Shown: positions 44,823 to 61,584 of the stretch, piece by piece
Layout: every line of letters starts with the position of its first letter
How positions within the stretch are numbered: position 1 is the first letter of the stretch
NCBI GenBank assembly: GCA_009914755.4
Contig: CP068257.2
Coordinates: 10,432,001 to 10,496,000, forward strand
Length of the DNA stretch: 64,000 nucleotides
DNA from: the human T2T-CHM13v2.0 reference genome, Homo sapiens
Reading direction: 5' to 3'
Position numbers and translations under genes: made by a program
The notes under the pieces: model-generated
Told to the model about the DNA's origin: nothing
What the model saw: the letters and a program-made list of their open reading frames with translations, nothing else
Databases searched by the model: none

Positions 44823-44839
44823 CTCGTGAATATGCAAAT
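44823..44839 (+). promoter_or_regulatory. IGHV promoter heptamer (CTCGTGA, 1 mismatch to CTCATGA) plus octamer ATGCAAAT, ~100 bp upstream of the leader ATG
   Basis: 'ttctcgtgaatatgcaaatcacc': heptamer 44823-44829, 2-bp spacer, octamer 44832-44839. Established knowledge: VH promoters carry a conserved octamer ATGCAAAT with a heptamer 2-22 bp 5' of it. The distance of ~100 bp to the ATG at 44940 fits. Confidence 0.65.
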
Positions 44840-44939
44840 CACCTGAGATGAACACTACAGATATGTCTGTGCCCTGAGAGCATTACCCAATAACCAGCCA
44901 TGTCCTCTAGAGAAGCTCCTGAGAGCACAGCTCCTCACC

Positions 44940-45375
44940 ATGGACTGGAATTGGAGGATCCTGTTTTTGGTGGTCATAGCTGCGGGTAGGATAATTCTCA
45001 GTCCCCAGGACTAAGGTGACTGGGTCCAGTAAAAGAGGGTTTTATCCACTCCTGTGTCCTCTCCACAGGTGCCCAGTCCCAGGTACAGCTGGTGCAGTCT
45101 GGGGCTGAGGTGAAGAAGCCTGGGGCCTCAGTGAAGGTCTCCTGCAAGGCTTCTGGATACACCTTCACCAACTACTGTATGCACTGGGTGCGCCAGGTCC
45201 ATGCACAAGGGCTTGAGTGGATGGGATTGGTGTGCCCTAGTGATGGCAGCACAAGCTATGCACAAAAGTTCCAGGCCAGAGTCACCATAACCAGGGACAC
45301 ATCCATGAGCACAGCCTACATGGAGCTAAGCAGTCTGAGATCTGAGGACACGGCCATGTATTACTGTGTGAGAGA
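44940..45375 (+). CDS. Germline immunoglobulin heavy variable gene, IGHV1 subgroup (orphon-type): L-PART1 44940-44985, intron 44986-45068 (GT...AG, 83 nt), L-PART2 + V-REGION 45069-45375 (V-REGION 45080-45375, 296 nt). The frame is open, but residues are atypical, so it is likely an IMGT 'ORF' rather than a functional gene
   Basis: Leader [16 protein letters not shown]|(intron)|AQS, then [99 protein letters not shown]. It has the conserved 1st-CYS (SCKAS), CONSERVED-TRP (MHW) and 2nd-CYS (YYC). Unusual features are Cys in CDR1 (NYCMH), VHAQ instead of APGQ in FR2, and [10 protein letters not shown] in CDR2. From memory this most resembles the IGHV1/OR15-9 and IGHV1/OR21-1 orphon sequences, but I cannot verify the assignment without a database. 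Confidence 0.88.
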
Positions 45376-45414
45376 CACAATGTGAAAACCCACATCTTGA
45401 GAGTGTCAGAAACT
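45376..45414 (+). other. V-type recombination signal sequence (23-RSS): heptamer cacaatg, 23-bp spacer, nonamer tcagaaact
   Basis: Immediately 3' of '...tgtgtgagaga': heptamer 45376-45382 (CACAATG vs consensus CACAGTG), spacer 45383-45405 (exactly 23 nt), nonamer 45406-45414 (TCAGAAACT vs IGHV-type TCAGAAACC/ACAAAAACC). Confidence 0.8.
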
Positions 45415-45600
45415 GCAGGGAGGAGGCAGCTGTGTTCCTGCAGAGGAGATGACAGGGAAGATGAGGTTTAAAGTTGTTTAGAAAATGGGTCAAGTAACTG
45501 AGGACAAGGATCAATAGAAACAAGGACACACTCTAATTTTATGATAAATATTTTATTCAAGAGTCACCGTATACAGAAAATTCAAAGATTAGTAAAGGCC

Positions 45601-45960
45601 CTGTATTAGTCCATTATCATGCTGCTAATAAAGACGTACCTGAGATGGAATAATTTATAAAGAAAAGTGGTTTAATGGAATCATAATTCCACATGGCTGG
45701 GGTGGTCTCATAATCATGGAAGAAGATGAAGAAAGAGTAAACTGATGTCTTACATGGCAGCAGGCAAGAGAGACCTTGTGCCAGGGGAACTCCTGTTTAT
45801 AAAACTGTCAGATCTCATGAGACATATTCACTACCACGAGAACAGTATGGGGGAAACCGCCCCCATGATTCAATTACATCCACCTGACCCCACCCTTAAC
45901 ACATTGGAATTATTAAAACTCAAGATGAGATTTGGGTGGGGATACAGTCAAACCATATCA
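45601..45960 (-). mobile_element. Solitary MaLR LTR, THE1/MST-like
   Basis: The + strand reads 'tgtattagtccattatcatgctgctaataaagacgtacctgagatggaataatttataaagaaaagtggtttaatgga...ccacatggctgggg...catggcagcaggcaagagag...gaactcctgtttataaaactgtcagatctcatgagacatattcactaccacgagaacag...caagatgagatttgggtgggga...aaccatatca', the reverse complement of the THE1 consensus (TGATATGGTTTGGCTGTGTCCCCACCCAAATCTCATCTTG...GGACTAATACA). Assignment is from memory of the consensus. Confidence 0.6.
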
Positions 45961-48900
45961 ATAAAATCATATCAATGAGTATATTATTGTGAACAAGTTT
46001 TCAAATTAGATGGATGAATAATTTGAGCAAGATTATTTGATCACATGGTAAGACTAAGTATGATTCTGAAAAATGTCCAAAATGTCTTCCAAGAATGTCT
46101 CTGCTACTGTTGTTGCATAAATTTTATTTTAGAGTGGTTTTAGGATAACAGTGAACTTGAACAGAAAGTACCAGAGCTCCCATGAATCCCCGTCCAACAC
46201 AGGCACAGCCTTCTCCACTATCTGCATCCTGCACCAGAGTCATATCAGCAAGTTACAAATGATGAACCTACATGGACACTTTGGTTCTTTCTTTTCCTGG
46301 TGATCCCGTGGTGTAACAAACATAAATTATCTTGGAGCACCAGAGGTATTTTCAGAGGGTTTCTAGGAATGATATTAGAGGGAAAGTGGGTAAGGTTATT
46401 CCTATCCATGCCTCTAAAAGTCCAGCAAGTTCTAGTGAATTCTACAATGAATGTTCTTTAATGAGAAATGGAGACCTTGGCCATGAGAGATGTCATGTAT
46501 GAGGCCCTGTAGATGGATTACCTACACTGTAGGCTCGTGGGGTGTGTTTATGGATGAATCCCTTTTTGCAGCAAATGCAAGCACATGCGTGGGATCCAGG
46601 CAGGGACAAAAGCTCCCCCTTAGGAAGAAGGTGGGCACCTGGAAGGCCCCTCACTGAGGTGGACACTGGTGTCCTGTGCTGGCTGCACGTTGTCAAGAGG
46701 CATGAGCCTGATTGGGCTTGTAGAGGGAGAGCCTCATTGGGGTCACAGGTTATAACAATGTCTGCCATTCTCCAGCTGAACAAGCCCATCTGCTTGCTTG
46801 CCAGTGTCAATGCCATATTGGGGTGCACTCTGGAAGATGACAAGATGCACACAAACCTCCTCCCACTAATTATCCACTACTAAACATTCAAAAACCACCT
46901 GACTTCCAGAAATGGATATGCGCCTGCAGGGATAAACAGAACTTAAGTATTTTCTTATCTGGGAAAGACACTGCCAAATACTACACATTTCAGGAAAATT
47001 AGTTTGGAATGTTTAAAAACTGACTGAAGGGCAATAGTAGGTGAGGTGATGGCACAGCCTCAGGGCTGCACATGAGGAGGGCTCCCTCCCCCATGCAGGC
47101 TTTTCCTCCAGGAACTGCACCAGGAACTGAGGAAGGATTAGGGAGAATCATGGAAACATCCTTCTGCGGTGCTTGCTAGGGAGAGGAAATAAATTATGAG
47201 TAAAATATTCCCTCTGAATAAAGTATGGGCATTTGTTCATACAAATCTGTATTTCTCAAAGCTTGTGGAGGTCCTGACATAGCCACCATTAGCTGAGAAC
47301 AAACATTTCACCTCTCCTTGCATGGGGAGGTCAAGCAGCCTGGAGGTGTCCCTTTGTGGATGATATTTCCCAGCCCCTTTGTCTTCCCTGCTCATCCCTG
47401 GGCCTCTGTGTGACGAGTTCTCATCAGTGGAATGTAGTTGATGTAGTGTGGTCTTCAGTTTTCTCATCTTCTTTGTTCTCATGTTCCTCTCATGGTGTGA
47501 GGTTAAGAAACTCATCTGCAACATAGCACATGACAGCGTAATCTCTCTTGTGGACAAAAAATTGGCAAAGGAGACCACCAAGTTGACCATCCCGTATAGC
47601 TGACAGTGACAACCACGGGTCAACGTCCCCTCCACAATCCTGTGTCGGAACATCATCTGAATAACTTTATTAGCAACTTTTCTCGAGAATTATCTTAAAA
47701 ACTACTTGTCTCATTTTCCATGCAGTTATAACCTATTTTTCCTAGAGGACAGAGAGAGCTGAATACTGAATATATTGCATGTCTCCTGCTGTTGAAAGTT
47801 TGTGACTTTCTCACTTTCTAATTTCTTATCTGCGCAGACCACTCTACAGATTTTTCACTGTTGTGACCAGCATTCTGAATATCAAGTGTATTTGACGTTC
47901 TTCATATATCGTTCAGCACCAGCTTCTCATCATTTCAGTCCTCACTGACCACTCTAACTTACACAATGTGTTTCTTTATTTGTTTAATTCTGGCATCGCT
48001 CCTTAAATTTCACCAAGCCCATTTTTTGTTATTTCTACAGGTGATTGATTGTTAATTTTAAATTTTACTTGTGCTTACTTTAATCAGGCAATAACCTAAG
48101 ATAAAAAAAAACATTGTAAATAAAAGTAAATGCTGTAATATTTAAGGTAAGTAAGCCAACAGCTGAGGAAAAGGGAAATCCATTATCCTGGGTAAGTGAG
48201 TATGGGGAACTCATAGTATGATTATCTTCTTCAGTTTAATTAATACTGCTACGCAAGTTATAGTGTCCTCTCTCTTTATATCAAAACTTTCCCTAACATG
48301 TACAATGAAGACTCAGCACAGATACCTTCCACCAGACTAACCTAGAACCTCTCAGCGAGTGCCTGAGCTGATAGTGATAGATATCACATTTGTCTAACAA
48401 AAAAAACGACACCCTTTAAGGATATCCACCAGCCATATGGGGACAATTTGAATAATTTAGATAAAGCCCAAACTTGATAGGTAGTAATTTATAATGAGAA
48501 ACTGACTCCTATCTTCACATGGGATGTTTTTAGGTTTTGTTGTTTCTTTTTTTTTCCATAGAGAACCTGCTAACGCCACTGTCCAAGTTCTGGATATCTT
48601 ATTTCCCAGTGTGAGAGACTGCATATTATGGTCTGACACAAAGGAATGTAGCTGTTGTTAGGGATAGGAGATGTGATCGTAAGAACATGAGCAGGGATCC
48701 AGCAGTGCTTTGTCTTTTCACAGTTGCCCAGACAGAGACCCAGGAGAACAATGGGAGAATTGACTTCAGTCTCTCCAGTCCCATACGAGTATTATACCAG
48801 ATGTTTTATGCCACTGTTTCATAGTAGAAAAATTAGTCTCTAAAGAAAGTCCGTTTTGAGGACAATACTATTTTCCAGTATCCTTCAAACGCCCCAAATC

Positions 48901-49559
48901 AGAGAGCACCACAGTGCCCCGTGGCCAGGAGCTACAAGACCTGGGCCTAGAAAACAAATGACAGAAATATCAGTTTATCTTACCGCATCTGTCATAAAAA
49001 TTTGAAGACTGTTTCCTTCCATCTGGATAATCATAGGTTGTGATAGACTGGAGCTGCTGGTCTATAAAAATAAACTGGTCTGCAGTGGGTACAGAATTAC
49101 ACCCATAATATAATTGTTCTCCTGAGGTCCTTATGCTGTTAGACCAGCTGACCAAGAAAGTGTTTTAAGAGCTGCAGTGCTTACTGGATCCTGTCATATT
49201 TGGGGCTACATTTGCAGCTACCAAGAGAAACAGAAAGAAGTCCATTTGGTCCAGGTAGAGTCAATTAATTTCTTTTATTTTATTCCAGTGAGGTAAAAAA
49301 TGCATCAACCAAAATGCAGATGATGATCAAGTGATCAAGGACAACAGCCACTCAGTGTTTCAGGTGTGTTTTAGCCCAAAAGCCACACAACATGTGAGAA
49401 CCTGAACTCTGGAGTCCTGGCCATCTCTGAGGAGAATCTAGATGGTGGAAGGGAAGACACAATCATTAACATCTAGGGAAATTTCAGGGTTACCTGCTGT
49501 AGTGGAAAGCAAACCTTGAGCCTCTGAGACAGTGTGACGTCCATGGAGACTGAGACAGC

Positions 49560-49870
49560 TACTGTCTCAAGCCCCTGGTCATGGAATAGTCTCAATGTTT
49601 GTCTGTGTGTCACTATAGAACATTGTGTGTAAGTGGGATGATGCATACAACTGTGTCTGTGTGTTTGTGAATGTGTGTGTTTGTGTGAGGCTGTGAGCTT
49701 GTGTGTGCCTGTGTTTTATATTAAAATGAGTTACTTACTTTGTGATTGTTACACTATATCTTCGACCAAGTGTGTGGGAGAACGTGTTTGTGTGTTTCTG
49801 TGAGTTAGTTTGTAAAAGCGTATGCTATTTTGAGTGTGTGTGAGTGCGTTCTTCAATATTTGAGCCTATC
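49560..49870. repeat. GT-rich low-complexity block (imperfect (TG)n/(GTGTGA)-like), first of two related blocks
   Basis: Many 'tgtgtgtg', 'gtgtgagt' and 'tgtgtttgtg' tracts. Similar composition and motifs recur at 50690-50860 ('gagtgtgtgtgtgctctttg...gtgagtgtgtgcccctgtgtgtgtggggggg...'). Confidence 0.45.
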
Positions 49871-49920
49871 AATTTGCATGAATGTTAATTTTCCTTAGTA
49901 TGTGTGAGTTGCATACTTGA

Positions 49921-50659
<739 letters not shown>

Positions 50660-50689
50660 TCAGAAGGGAATATAGTTGATTTGACGCTA

Positions 50690-50860
50690 GTGTGACCAGG
50701 AATATTTGAGTGTGTGTGTGCTCTTTGTATTACTTGGTGAGTGTGTGCCCCTGTGTGTGTGGGGGGGTCATTACCTGTGACTCTACATATGAAGGTGTTG
50801 AGAGTGTGTGTGAGTCTGTGAGCATGTTTATATACATGTGGATTGTTAGTATGCATGCTT
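50690..50860. repeat. GT-rich low-complexity block, second copy/relative of 49560-49870
   Basis: 'atatttgagtgtgtgtgtgctctttgtattacttggtgagtgtgtgcccctgtgtgtgtgggggggtcattacctgtgactctacatatgaaggtgttgagagtgtgtgtgagtctgtgagcatgtttatatacatgtggattgttagtatgcatgc', paralleling '...gagtgtgtgtgagtgcgttcttcaatatttgagcc...' in the first block. Confidence 0.4.
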
Positions 50861-50864
50861 TTAG

Positions 50865-51455
<591 letters not shown>

Positions 51456-52854
51456 TCACCAGAGATTCATCTCTTGACCTCAGTGTCACATGTCTGAAAA
51501 TATCAAGTATGTTTGAGTGTCAGAACCTGAGAAAGAAGCGTTGCCTATAATAAAACCTTCATAAAATAAACAACTGATTTCTCACCAAATTCATGAAGGC
51601 AAAAACTCATTGAGGTGGCGTATCAAAAGACTGAAATACACTGTCAATCAAGAATTATACACTTTCAAAGAAACCTTCAAAAGTGAAGGAGAAATTAAGG
51701 TGAAGATAAAGAAACAAACGCTGATGGAGTTCATGGAACCTAGACAGTCCTTATGAGAAATGCTATATGGAGTCCCACAGACTGAACTGAAAGGAGAGTG
51801 GAGAGGAGCAGAAAATCTTACACCTAAAAAGAACAACAGCAACAAGGAAGGTGTCCCAGAAATGTCATTACATTTGTGTATGTGAGCGCCAATAGTGTTT
51901 TATTCTGCCCTGAGTCTCATGTTTCATTCCTCCATTATTTTGAAAATCAAGTACCATAATATTAATTATACATGTAAATAATATACATATAATTTGTAAA
52001 ATACTAATATATAGTAATAACACAGTAAGGGAAGATGGATAGAGCTGTAGAGACACAGATTTGTATGCACTATCGATGCTAAGGTAATCATAATTCAATC
52101 TATTTTGTTATAAATTTGAATTACCAATTTTAGTGTCCATGTTAGCTATAAATATGTAACTAAAATTTTAAAAAAAAATCAGCATGACAGCTGAATAGAT
52201 GTGCCTGACATTCGTCAATCCCATATGACGGAATGACAGAATTGAATAAACAGCTAAGACTAGACTGGACTGATGAAAGGGAGAAGTAGAGGATAGCAGG
52301 GGAGAGGAGAGGTCCCTGTGGTTATTAGAAGCCCAATAGTGCTTCTAATAGTGAAAGCACCCTGTGTCTGCAGCTTCATACTCGAGATTCACATGGGATT
52401 ATCCCTGGTGAGGAAAGTTAAGTAGAAGAAGCACATCAGACCCCACTGCAATCACACATGTCAACAATCCTTACTGTAAAATAAATTCACAGGGCTTGCA
52501 AACCCTGAGCTCAACTTGGAGAGCTGGAAGGAATTCATGCATCTGTACTGCACAAGATTAGGAGAAAAATCTGTATTCCTTGCCCACCACCCATCCCATT
52601 AGCCAAAATGCTATAGCCTGTCACAACTTTGAGACCAGAGACACTTCTGGAGGGTGCCCTTCTTTGGGGCAGTAGTCATTGCATGTCTCCACACTGGGCC
52701 TCTGTTTCCATTCCATCAAACACACAAGTGGGTAAAGGCCAAAATACTAGCTGCACAAAGCCTAGAGCCAAGATCCCCTTTGGCTCTGGTGTTGCCCAGC
52801 AGGAAACCAACCCCTGAACAGGGCAATAACAAGTCACAAAATTGAAGCATTAAT

Positions 52855-53262
52855 AAAAGGTCTTCCAGGAAAGAAAAAAAACCCAGGACTCAATGGCTTC
52901 ATTGCACAATTGTGACAAATATTTAAAGAAGAAACAATATCTATCCTCCTCAAAATATTAAAAAATAGGTAGAGAAGGAGGGAGTACTTTCAAACCTGCT
53001 CTATGAGACCAGTATTACCCTGAAATGAAAACCAAATAAAAACATAAAAAACACTACAGGCCAATGTCTCTGATGAATACAGATGCGAAAATCCTCAAGG
53101 AAAACTTAGCAAACACCATTCAACAACACATTAAAAAAATCATGCATCATGACCAAGTGCAGTTTATCCCAGTGATTCAAGGATGGTCCAACATATGGAA
53201 ATCAATCAATGTGACACATCACATCAACAGAAAGGACAAAGGCCATAAGATCAGGCCTCACC
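52855..53262 (+). mobile_element. Fragment of an older LINE-1 (ORF2 reverse-transcriptase N-terminal region), sense orientation, degenerate
   Basis: '...aaaacccaggactcaatggcttcattgcacaa...cctgaaatgaaaaccaaataaaaacataaaaaacactacaggccaatgtctctgatgaatacagatgcgaaaatcctcaaggaaaacttagcaaacaccattcaacaacacattaaaaaaatcatgcatcatgaccaagtgcagtttatcccagtgattcaaggatggtccaacatatggaaatcaatcaatgtgacacatcacatcaacagaaagg' parallels L1 ORF2 '...[61 protein letters not shown]...' with frame disruptions. It is more diverged than the L1s at 11.6 kb and 57.5 kb. Confidence 0.6.
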
Positions 53263-53532
53263 TTGTCCTCCTCATTCAAAGTCTACCATCAGAGCTTTGG
53301 TCCTCTTGGCCAGTCCTGCTGTACTTGGTCTCCTGTGATTCCTCTCCCAGATCCTGAAACCTTGGGCTTCTGTGCACCTGCAGTCTCTCACCTCCTTGGA
53401 CATGGAGATCCTGTATTCTCAGAGACAGATGATGCCTCATTGTGTCTCCTATGGCCCATGCAAATGATTTCCCCAACACAGTCATGAGTTTTCCTGTATG
53501 AAATTGAAAGGGGATGTGGGGAACTGGTGTGC

Positions 53533-53552
53533 GTGTGTGTGTGTGTGTGTGT
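53533..53552. repeat. Short (GT)n microsatellite
   Basis: 'gcgtgtgtgtgtgtgtgtgtgtgttcac'. Confidence 0.8.
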
Positions 53553-54437
53553 TCACAGTGGTACAAAAGGAGTCCTCAGGCATGCTAAGGTGTTGTGAAC
53601 TAGGGTGATGTTGTCACTCAAGGCTACAATGGGGGCTCCATGAAGAGAAATCTAGAAAAGGATAAGCATATGAGCAAAGAAGCAAAACCTGGGGAGTAGC
53701 AGGGAGGGGACCAGGAGCGGTGACTCAACCGGGCAGGGAAAACACCACGTACAACAGAGGGTGAGAATTCTGTGCTCAGCAAAGAGGAGAACTCACTCAG
53801 CATTTCCCTCAATTTTCCCTCAAGAACTTTCCTGTGCCAGGAAAGTTCACAATGGAGAATCTCCAGCTCCAGGTGGGACCCCAAAAGAGGCAGGGGGACT
53901 TTAGGCCATAGGTCTTGTGCACAAGGTTTTTCCCCAGTTCCTACCCCTTTCCTTTCCTCTCTGTCCAGCAAACCTGCTTGTTTCTGTCACCTGCCTTCCT
54001 GTCCTTGGGGTAAGAATGGATGCCTTGACACTCAGCAGAGGGATGCTCTTTCAGAGGAGGAATTAGTTTGTGTCATCTGACTCCTGAGCAGGAAAATCAT
54101 GCCTGGGAAGAGGTTCCAAGACAGAGGTCCGCCGTGGTTCCTGCCCCTTATATGTGCGGGGCTCCTGGCACATGCACACTTCTCCTCAAACTCTGTTTAC
54201 ACCCCAGCAACAATGCTGGGTGTTGTCAGCCCCTCTCCTCCCCAGATACCGCTCTGTCATCAGCCAAGGAACAAATTCCCCATGAAAGACATTATTCTTT
54301 CTCTCAAGAAGATCAACTACTTATATCTCTTCCTTTGCTGACAGCTTTGCAGGGTGAACATCTAGAATTTAAAAAAGGGTTGATGTGGACAAGTGAGCTC
54401 TCTGTGTGGCTCACCAGGATGTTCCCTCTTATTCCAG

Positions 54438-54748
54438 GTGTCCTGTCCCATGTGTAGGTGCAGGAGTCAGGTCCAGGACCCATGAGGCCCTCAGACACTG
54501 CCCTCCACATGTGCTGTGTCTGGATTCTTTTTTACCATGGATACTATTTGAGCTGAATCCACCATCCCCTGGGCAACAGGCTGGAATGGCTGGGGCACAG
54601 TTACTAGAGTCGATCACCAAGGAATACACATCATGCTCCCTCCACCCAGGTCCATGTCCCCATCAACAATGACTCAACCAAGAGCCAGTTCTCTGTGAAG
54701 CTCAGCTCCATGGCTGCCCAGGACACAGCTGAGTATTACTGTGAAAGA
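54438..54748 (+). pseudogene. IGHV4-like (clan II) heavy-chain V pseudogene: L-PART2 remnant + V-REGION with in-frame stop and indels. A possible degenerate L-PART1 lies at ~54282-54330
   Basis: Acceptor '...attccag|gtgtcctgtcc', then 'catgtgtaggtgcaggagtcaggtccaggac' versus IGHV4 'CAGGTGCAGCTGCAGGAGTCGGGCCCAGGAC'; TAG at codon 3. Continues '...ccctcagacactgccctccacatgtgctgtgtctgg...ctgggcaacaggctggaatggctgggg...' (PPGKGLEW-like), then FR3 '...accaagagccagttctctgtgaagctcagctccatggctgcccaggacacagctgagtattactgtgaaaga' (TKSQFSVKLSSMAAQDTAEYYCER versus [24 protein letters not shown]). Upstream 'atgaaagacattattctttctctc' weakly resembles the IGHV4 leader ATGAAACACCTGTGGTTCTTCCTC. Confidence 0.78.
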
Positions 54749-54787
54749 CTTAATGAGAAGGTGTCCTTGTGAGCCCTGACACAAACC
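54749..54787 (+). other. Degenerate V 23-RSS of the IGHV4-like pseudogene: heptamer cttaatg (mutated), 23-bp spacer, nonamer acacaaacc (perfect IGHV-type)
   Basis: After 'tgtgaaaga': 'cttaatg' 54749-54755, spacer 'agaaggtgtccttgtgagccctg' (23 nt) 54756-54778, nonamer 'acacaaacc' 54779-54787. Confidence 0.65.
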
Positions 54788-56195
54788 TTGCTGGCAGGGC
54801 ACTCAGGACTGCCAGGAAGACTCAGGACCACAGAGGGGACTCAAGACCACCAGGGAAGAGCAGGTTGCAGGAAGCACAGGGCCAGCCCCAGAGCAGTTGG
54901 GGGTAGAGATGAGAGGTTGGTTTACTGCCAGGTTCTGGGGTTGCCTCACCATCTTCATGTTTCCTCCAGGGACCCTCTCTTATTTCATGGTGCTGTGTCT
55001 AGCTCTACATCTCTAAAATACCACAGTTTTGTTGTACCAGGAGGAAACCTTCTCACAGGCCCTAAATGTAGAGCAATCTCTCTGCCAGTGGTCACTAGGA
55101 TCACAGCCCTGAGGAAGCTGAGGGTAACCTGGTGAATCTTCTCCAGTCACATTTGGGACAGGAACCTTAGCGGGGTTCCCTGAGGAGAACAGTCTCAGGA
55201 ATCCTAACCTCAGCCAAGACAGAGGCTGGGCCAGATCAATGTCAGATAGAACCTCACAAGTTTTATGTCTGACCCTTCTCCACCAACAATAAAGCATGCC
55301 AATCAGTATCAGCGCCGATCTGGGGCCCTTTTACTCCTAGCCCATTCTGTTTCTCTTTATTTGTTGTTGTTATTCTTGCTTTTCCTTGTACTGCTGCTGC
55401 TCCCTGTAAAGTGGGGATGTGGTTCTTGCTGCCAAAGCTCCAGGGCTCAAGCCCATTCCTTGCAGCTCAGGTGGGGCTCAGGCTGTGGCTCCTGCAGCCA
55501 CACGGGAGAGGCTGATGGGACTTTCTTCTCTCTCATTGCACGAGACCCTCCAGTGTGTTGTGTGGAGACTCACCTGGGAAAGGAAGTGGCCAATAGTAGT
55601 GAAGGGGATGAGCTTGTGTGGACAAAATGGGATGTGGATATGAAATTTGTCCTGTGCTGTGCAAGCTACCACAAAGTCACCTTCCTCACCAGTGGCGTTA
55701 TAAATAGTGTGTGAAAGTTGTCAGAATCAAAATGGAGCCACTTGTGTTAAAACCCTGACAAATGGAACTAGGAATGACCATGAAGGAGGGTTCGCATGCA
55801 CATACTCCTGATAAGAAGAACTACCATAAATTGACTCTGCTTAATCACAACCTTGGATAGAAGCCACCAACACCATATAAAACTTCCTTCTACAAAGATA
55901 TGTGTCCAGCAACTGCCTGTTCAGCCTTATACTGATGCCACCCTTGGTATTGATTCTACAAGCACAGGATAATTCTTTCAAAACAGCTTATGTAACCCAC
56001 CTCATTTTCACTTCATAAACCTATGGATTGACATCCTGTAGTCACTGCTGCATTTCTTATTAATGTTAATAAGCCCCCTTTACAATATTCGAAACAATTT
56101 TTCTCTGATATCTCTTCTAAAATAAAGAATTTCCAAGTTGACGCCAATAAAGAAGATACTTAGGAAGATCTATTTGGCATATTTGGAAGGCATAT

Positions 56196-56500
<305 letters not shown>

Positions 56501-57767
56501 AGGAAGCCATCTTTAACATCCTGTTGAATGATTCTGCATAGCACATCAATCCCTTAAAATACTTTGCTGTATCGGCTTGTGATTAATCAGTATATAAAAC
56601 TGAAGGTAAAATGGGAAATACATGGGCTTTTGATGAACCAAGCCATAGGGTGATAATGTCTGTGTCCTTGAGGAAGCAGACTAAGGGTTGTAAGTTCTGG
56701 TGGGAGTACCTTTGGCAAAGGGAGTTCCTGAGTTTCTGGATATTATGCTACTTTTAACTTAAAGATGCAATTTATGATTTATTTTTACTTAAATCTTTCC
56801 AGAAGATATTTGGCAGTAAGGACAGGATAGCGTTTGTGTGATACTGATGACTTAGAGAGTTATTTTGTAATTGTTCCTGTAAGGTATGCACATTGCTCAC
56901 TTGATGAAGTACAAATGTCACAGGTGGGAAAATCAGATTAAGCAGATTTTATCAAATGTCATGGCTGTAATTTTTGGCAAGAAAATGCTTCACATCAACC
57001 AGAAAATAAACAGAAAACAAGAAAACATATTCAAATCCAGTGGGAGTCTGACCTCTGTCCTTCTCTGTTATAAGTACAAGGTTGTTCCACATCCAAATTA
57101 TTCTTCAGGCTCCAGGGAATGAAATGCTTTTGGACTGTGAAAGCTAATAGCTCTCCCCTCAGGCAGGGCTAAGTTATCTGGGGAATGCAGAGTTGTGTTC
57201 ATGAGGAAGATGGCACTATTGTGTCTTCTTCTGCATTGCCCCATCACACGGGTGAGGAATTTTTGAAACCAGTGAAGTGTGAGTGCACAGTAAGTGATGA
57301 AGTTATCATATATCCATGAACTTTCATTAATAGGCCAAGGCCTTCTACAGATCACTCATGCACAAATATCCAAAATGTGTTTTTCCATTTTTTGATGTCT
57401 AGAGAAAAATATCTGTTGAGGAAACTTCTTCAGCTTACAGAGATCTGCTTAAGTTTGAGATCCCATAGGAGAGTGTCTTTGAGTGAATTCCAGTCTATTA
57501 ATTAAATAGGTCCAAATTCTCTCTGTTGGAGTAGCCTTCCAATTGTGCTGATTTCTTTTTTTTTATTATACTTTAAGTTTTAGGGTACATGTGCATAACG
57601 TGCAGGTTTGTTACATATGCATACATGTGCCATGTTGGGTGTTGCACCCATTAACTCATCATTTACATTAGGTATATCTCCTAATGCTATCCCTCCCCAC
57701 TCCCCTCACCCCACAACAGGCCCCAGTGTGTGATGTTCCCCTTCCTGTGTCCATGTGTTCTCATTGT

Positions 57768-61584
<3,817 letters not shown>

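Noticed and set aside
46493-47656. ORFs of 113-139 aa in the unique region (46542-46883 +, 46493-46852 -, 47237-47656 -)
   Set aside because: They have no recognisable domain or family similarity, they overlap each other on opposite strands, and they show no splice or initiation context. They are most likely chance ORFs in intergenic DNA.
53420-53520. Octamer motif 'atgcaaat' (53458-53465) with, on the minus strand, 'atttgcat' followed by an ATG-initiated short ORF (MRHHLSLRIQDLHVQG) ending in a GT donor. This could be a relic V-gene promoter plus leader
   Set aside because: No recognisable V-REGION follows on either strand, and the region runs straight into an L1 fragment. An isolated 8-mer is expected by chance in this much sequence. 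I am keeping it only as a low-probability relic.
55265-55714. 149-aa + ORF with a hydrophobic N-terminus (…LLLLAHSVSLYLLLLFLLFLVLLLLP…), and 'aataaagcatgcc...cagcgccgatctgggg' upstream that faintly resembles an LTR end or primer-binding region
   Set aside because: The hydrophobic stretch derives from low-complexity 'ttgttgttgttattcttgctttt' sequence. I cannot match the putative LTR or PBS to any family from memory, and no flanking retroviral genes are present.
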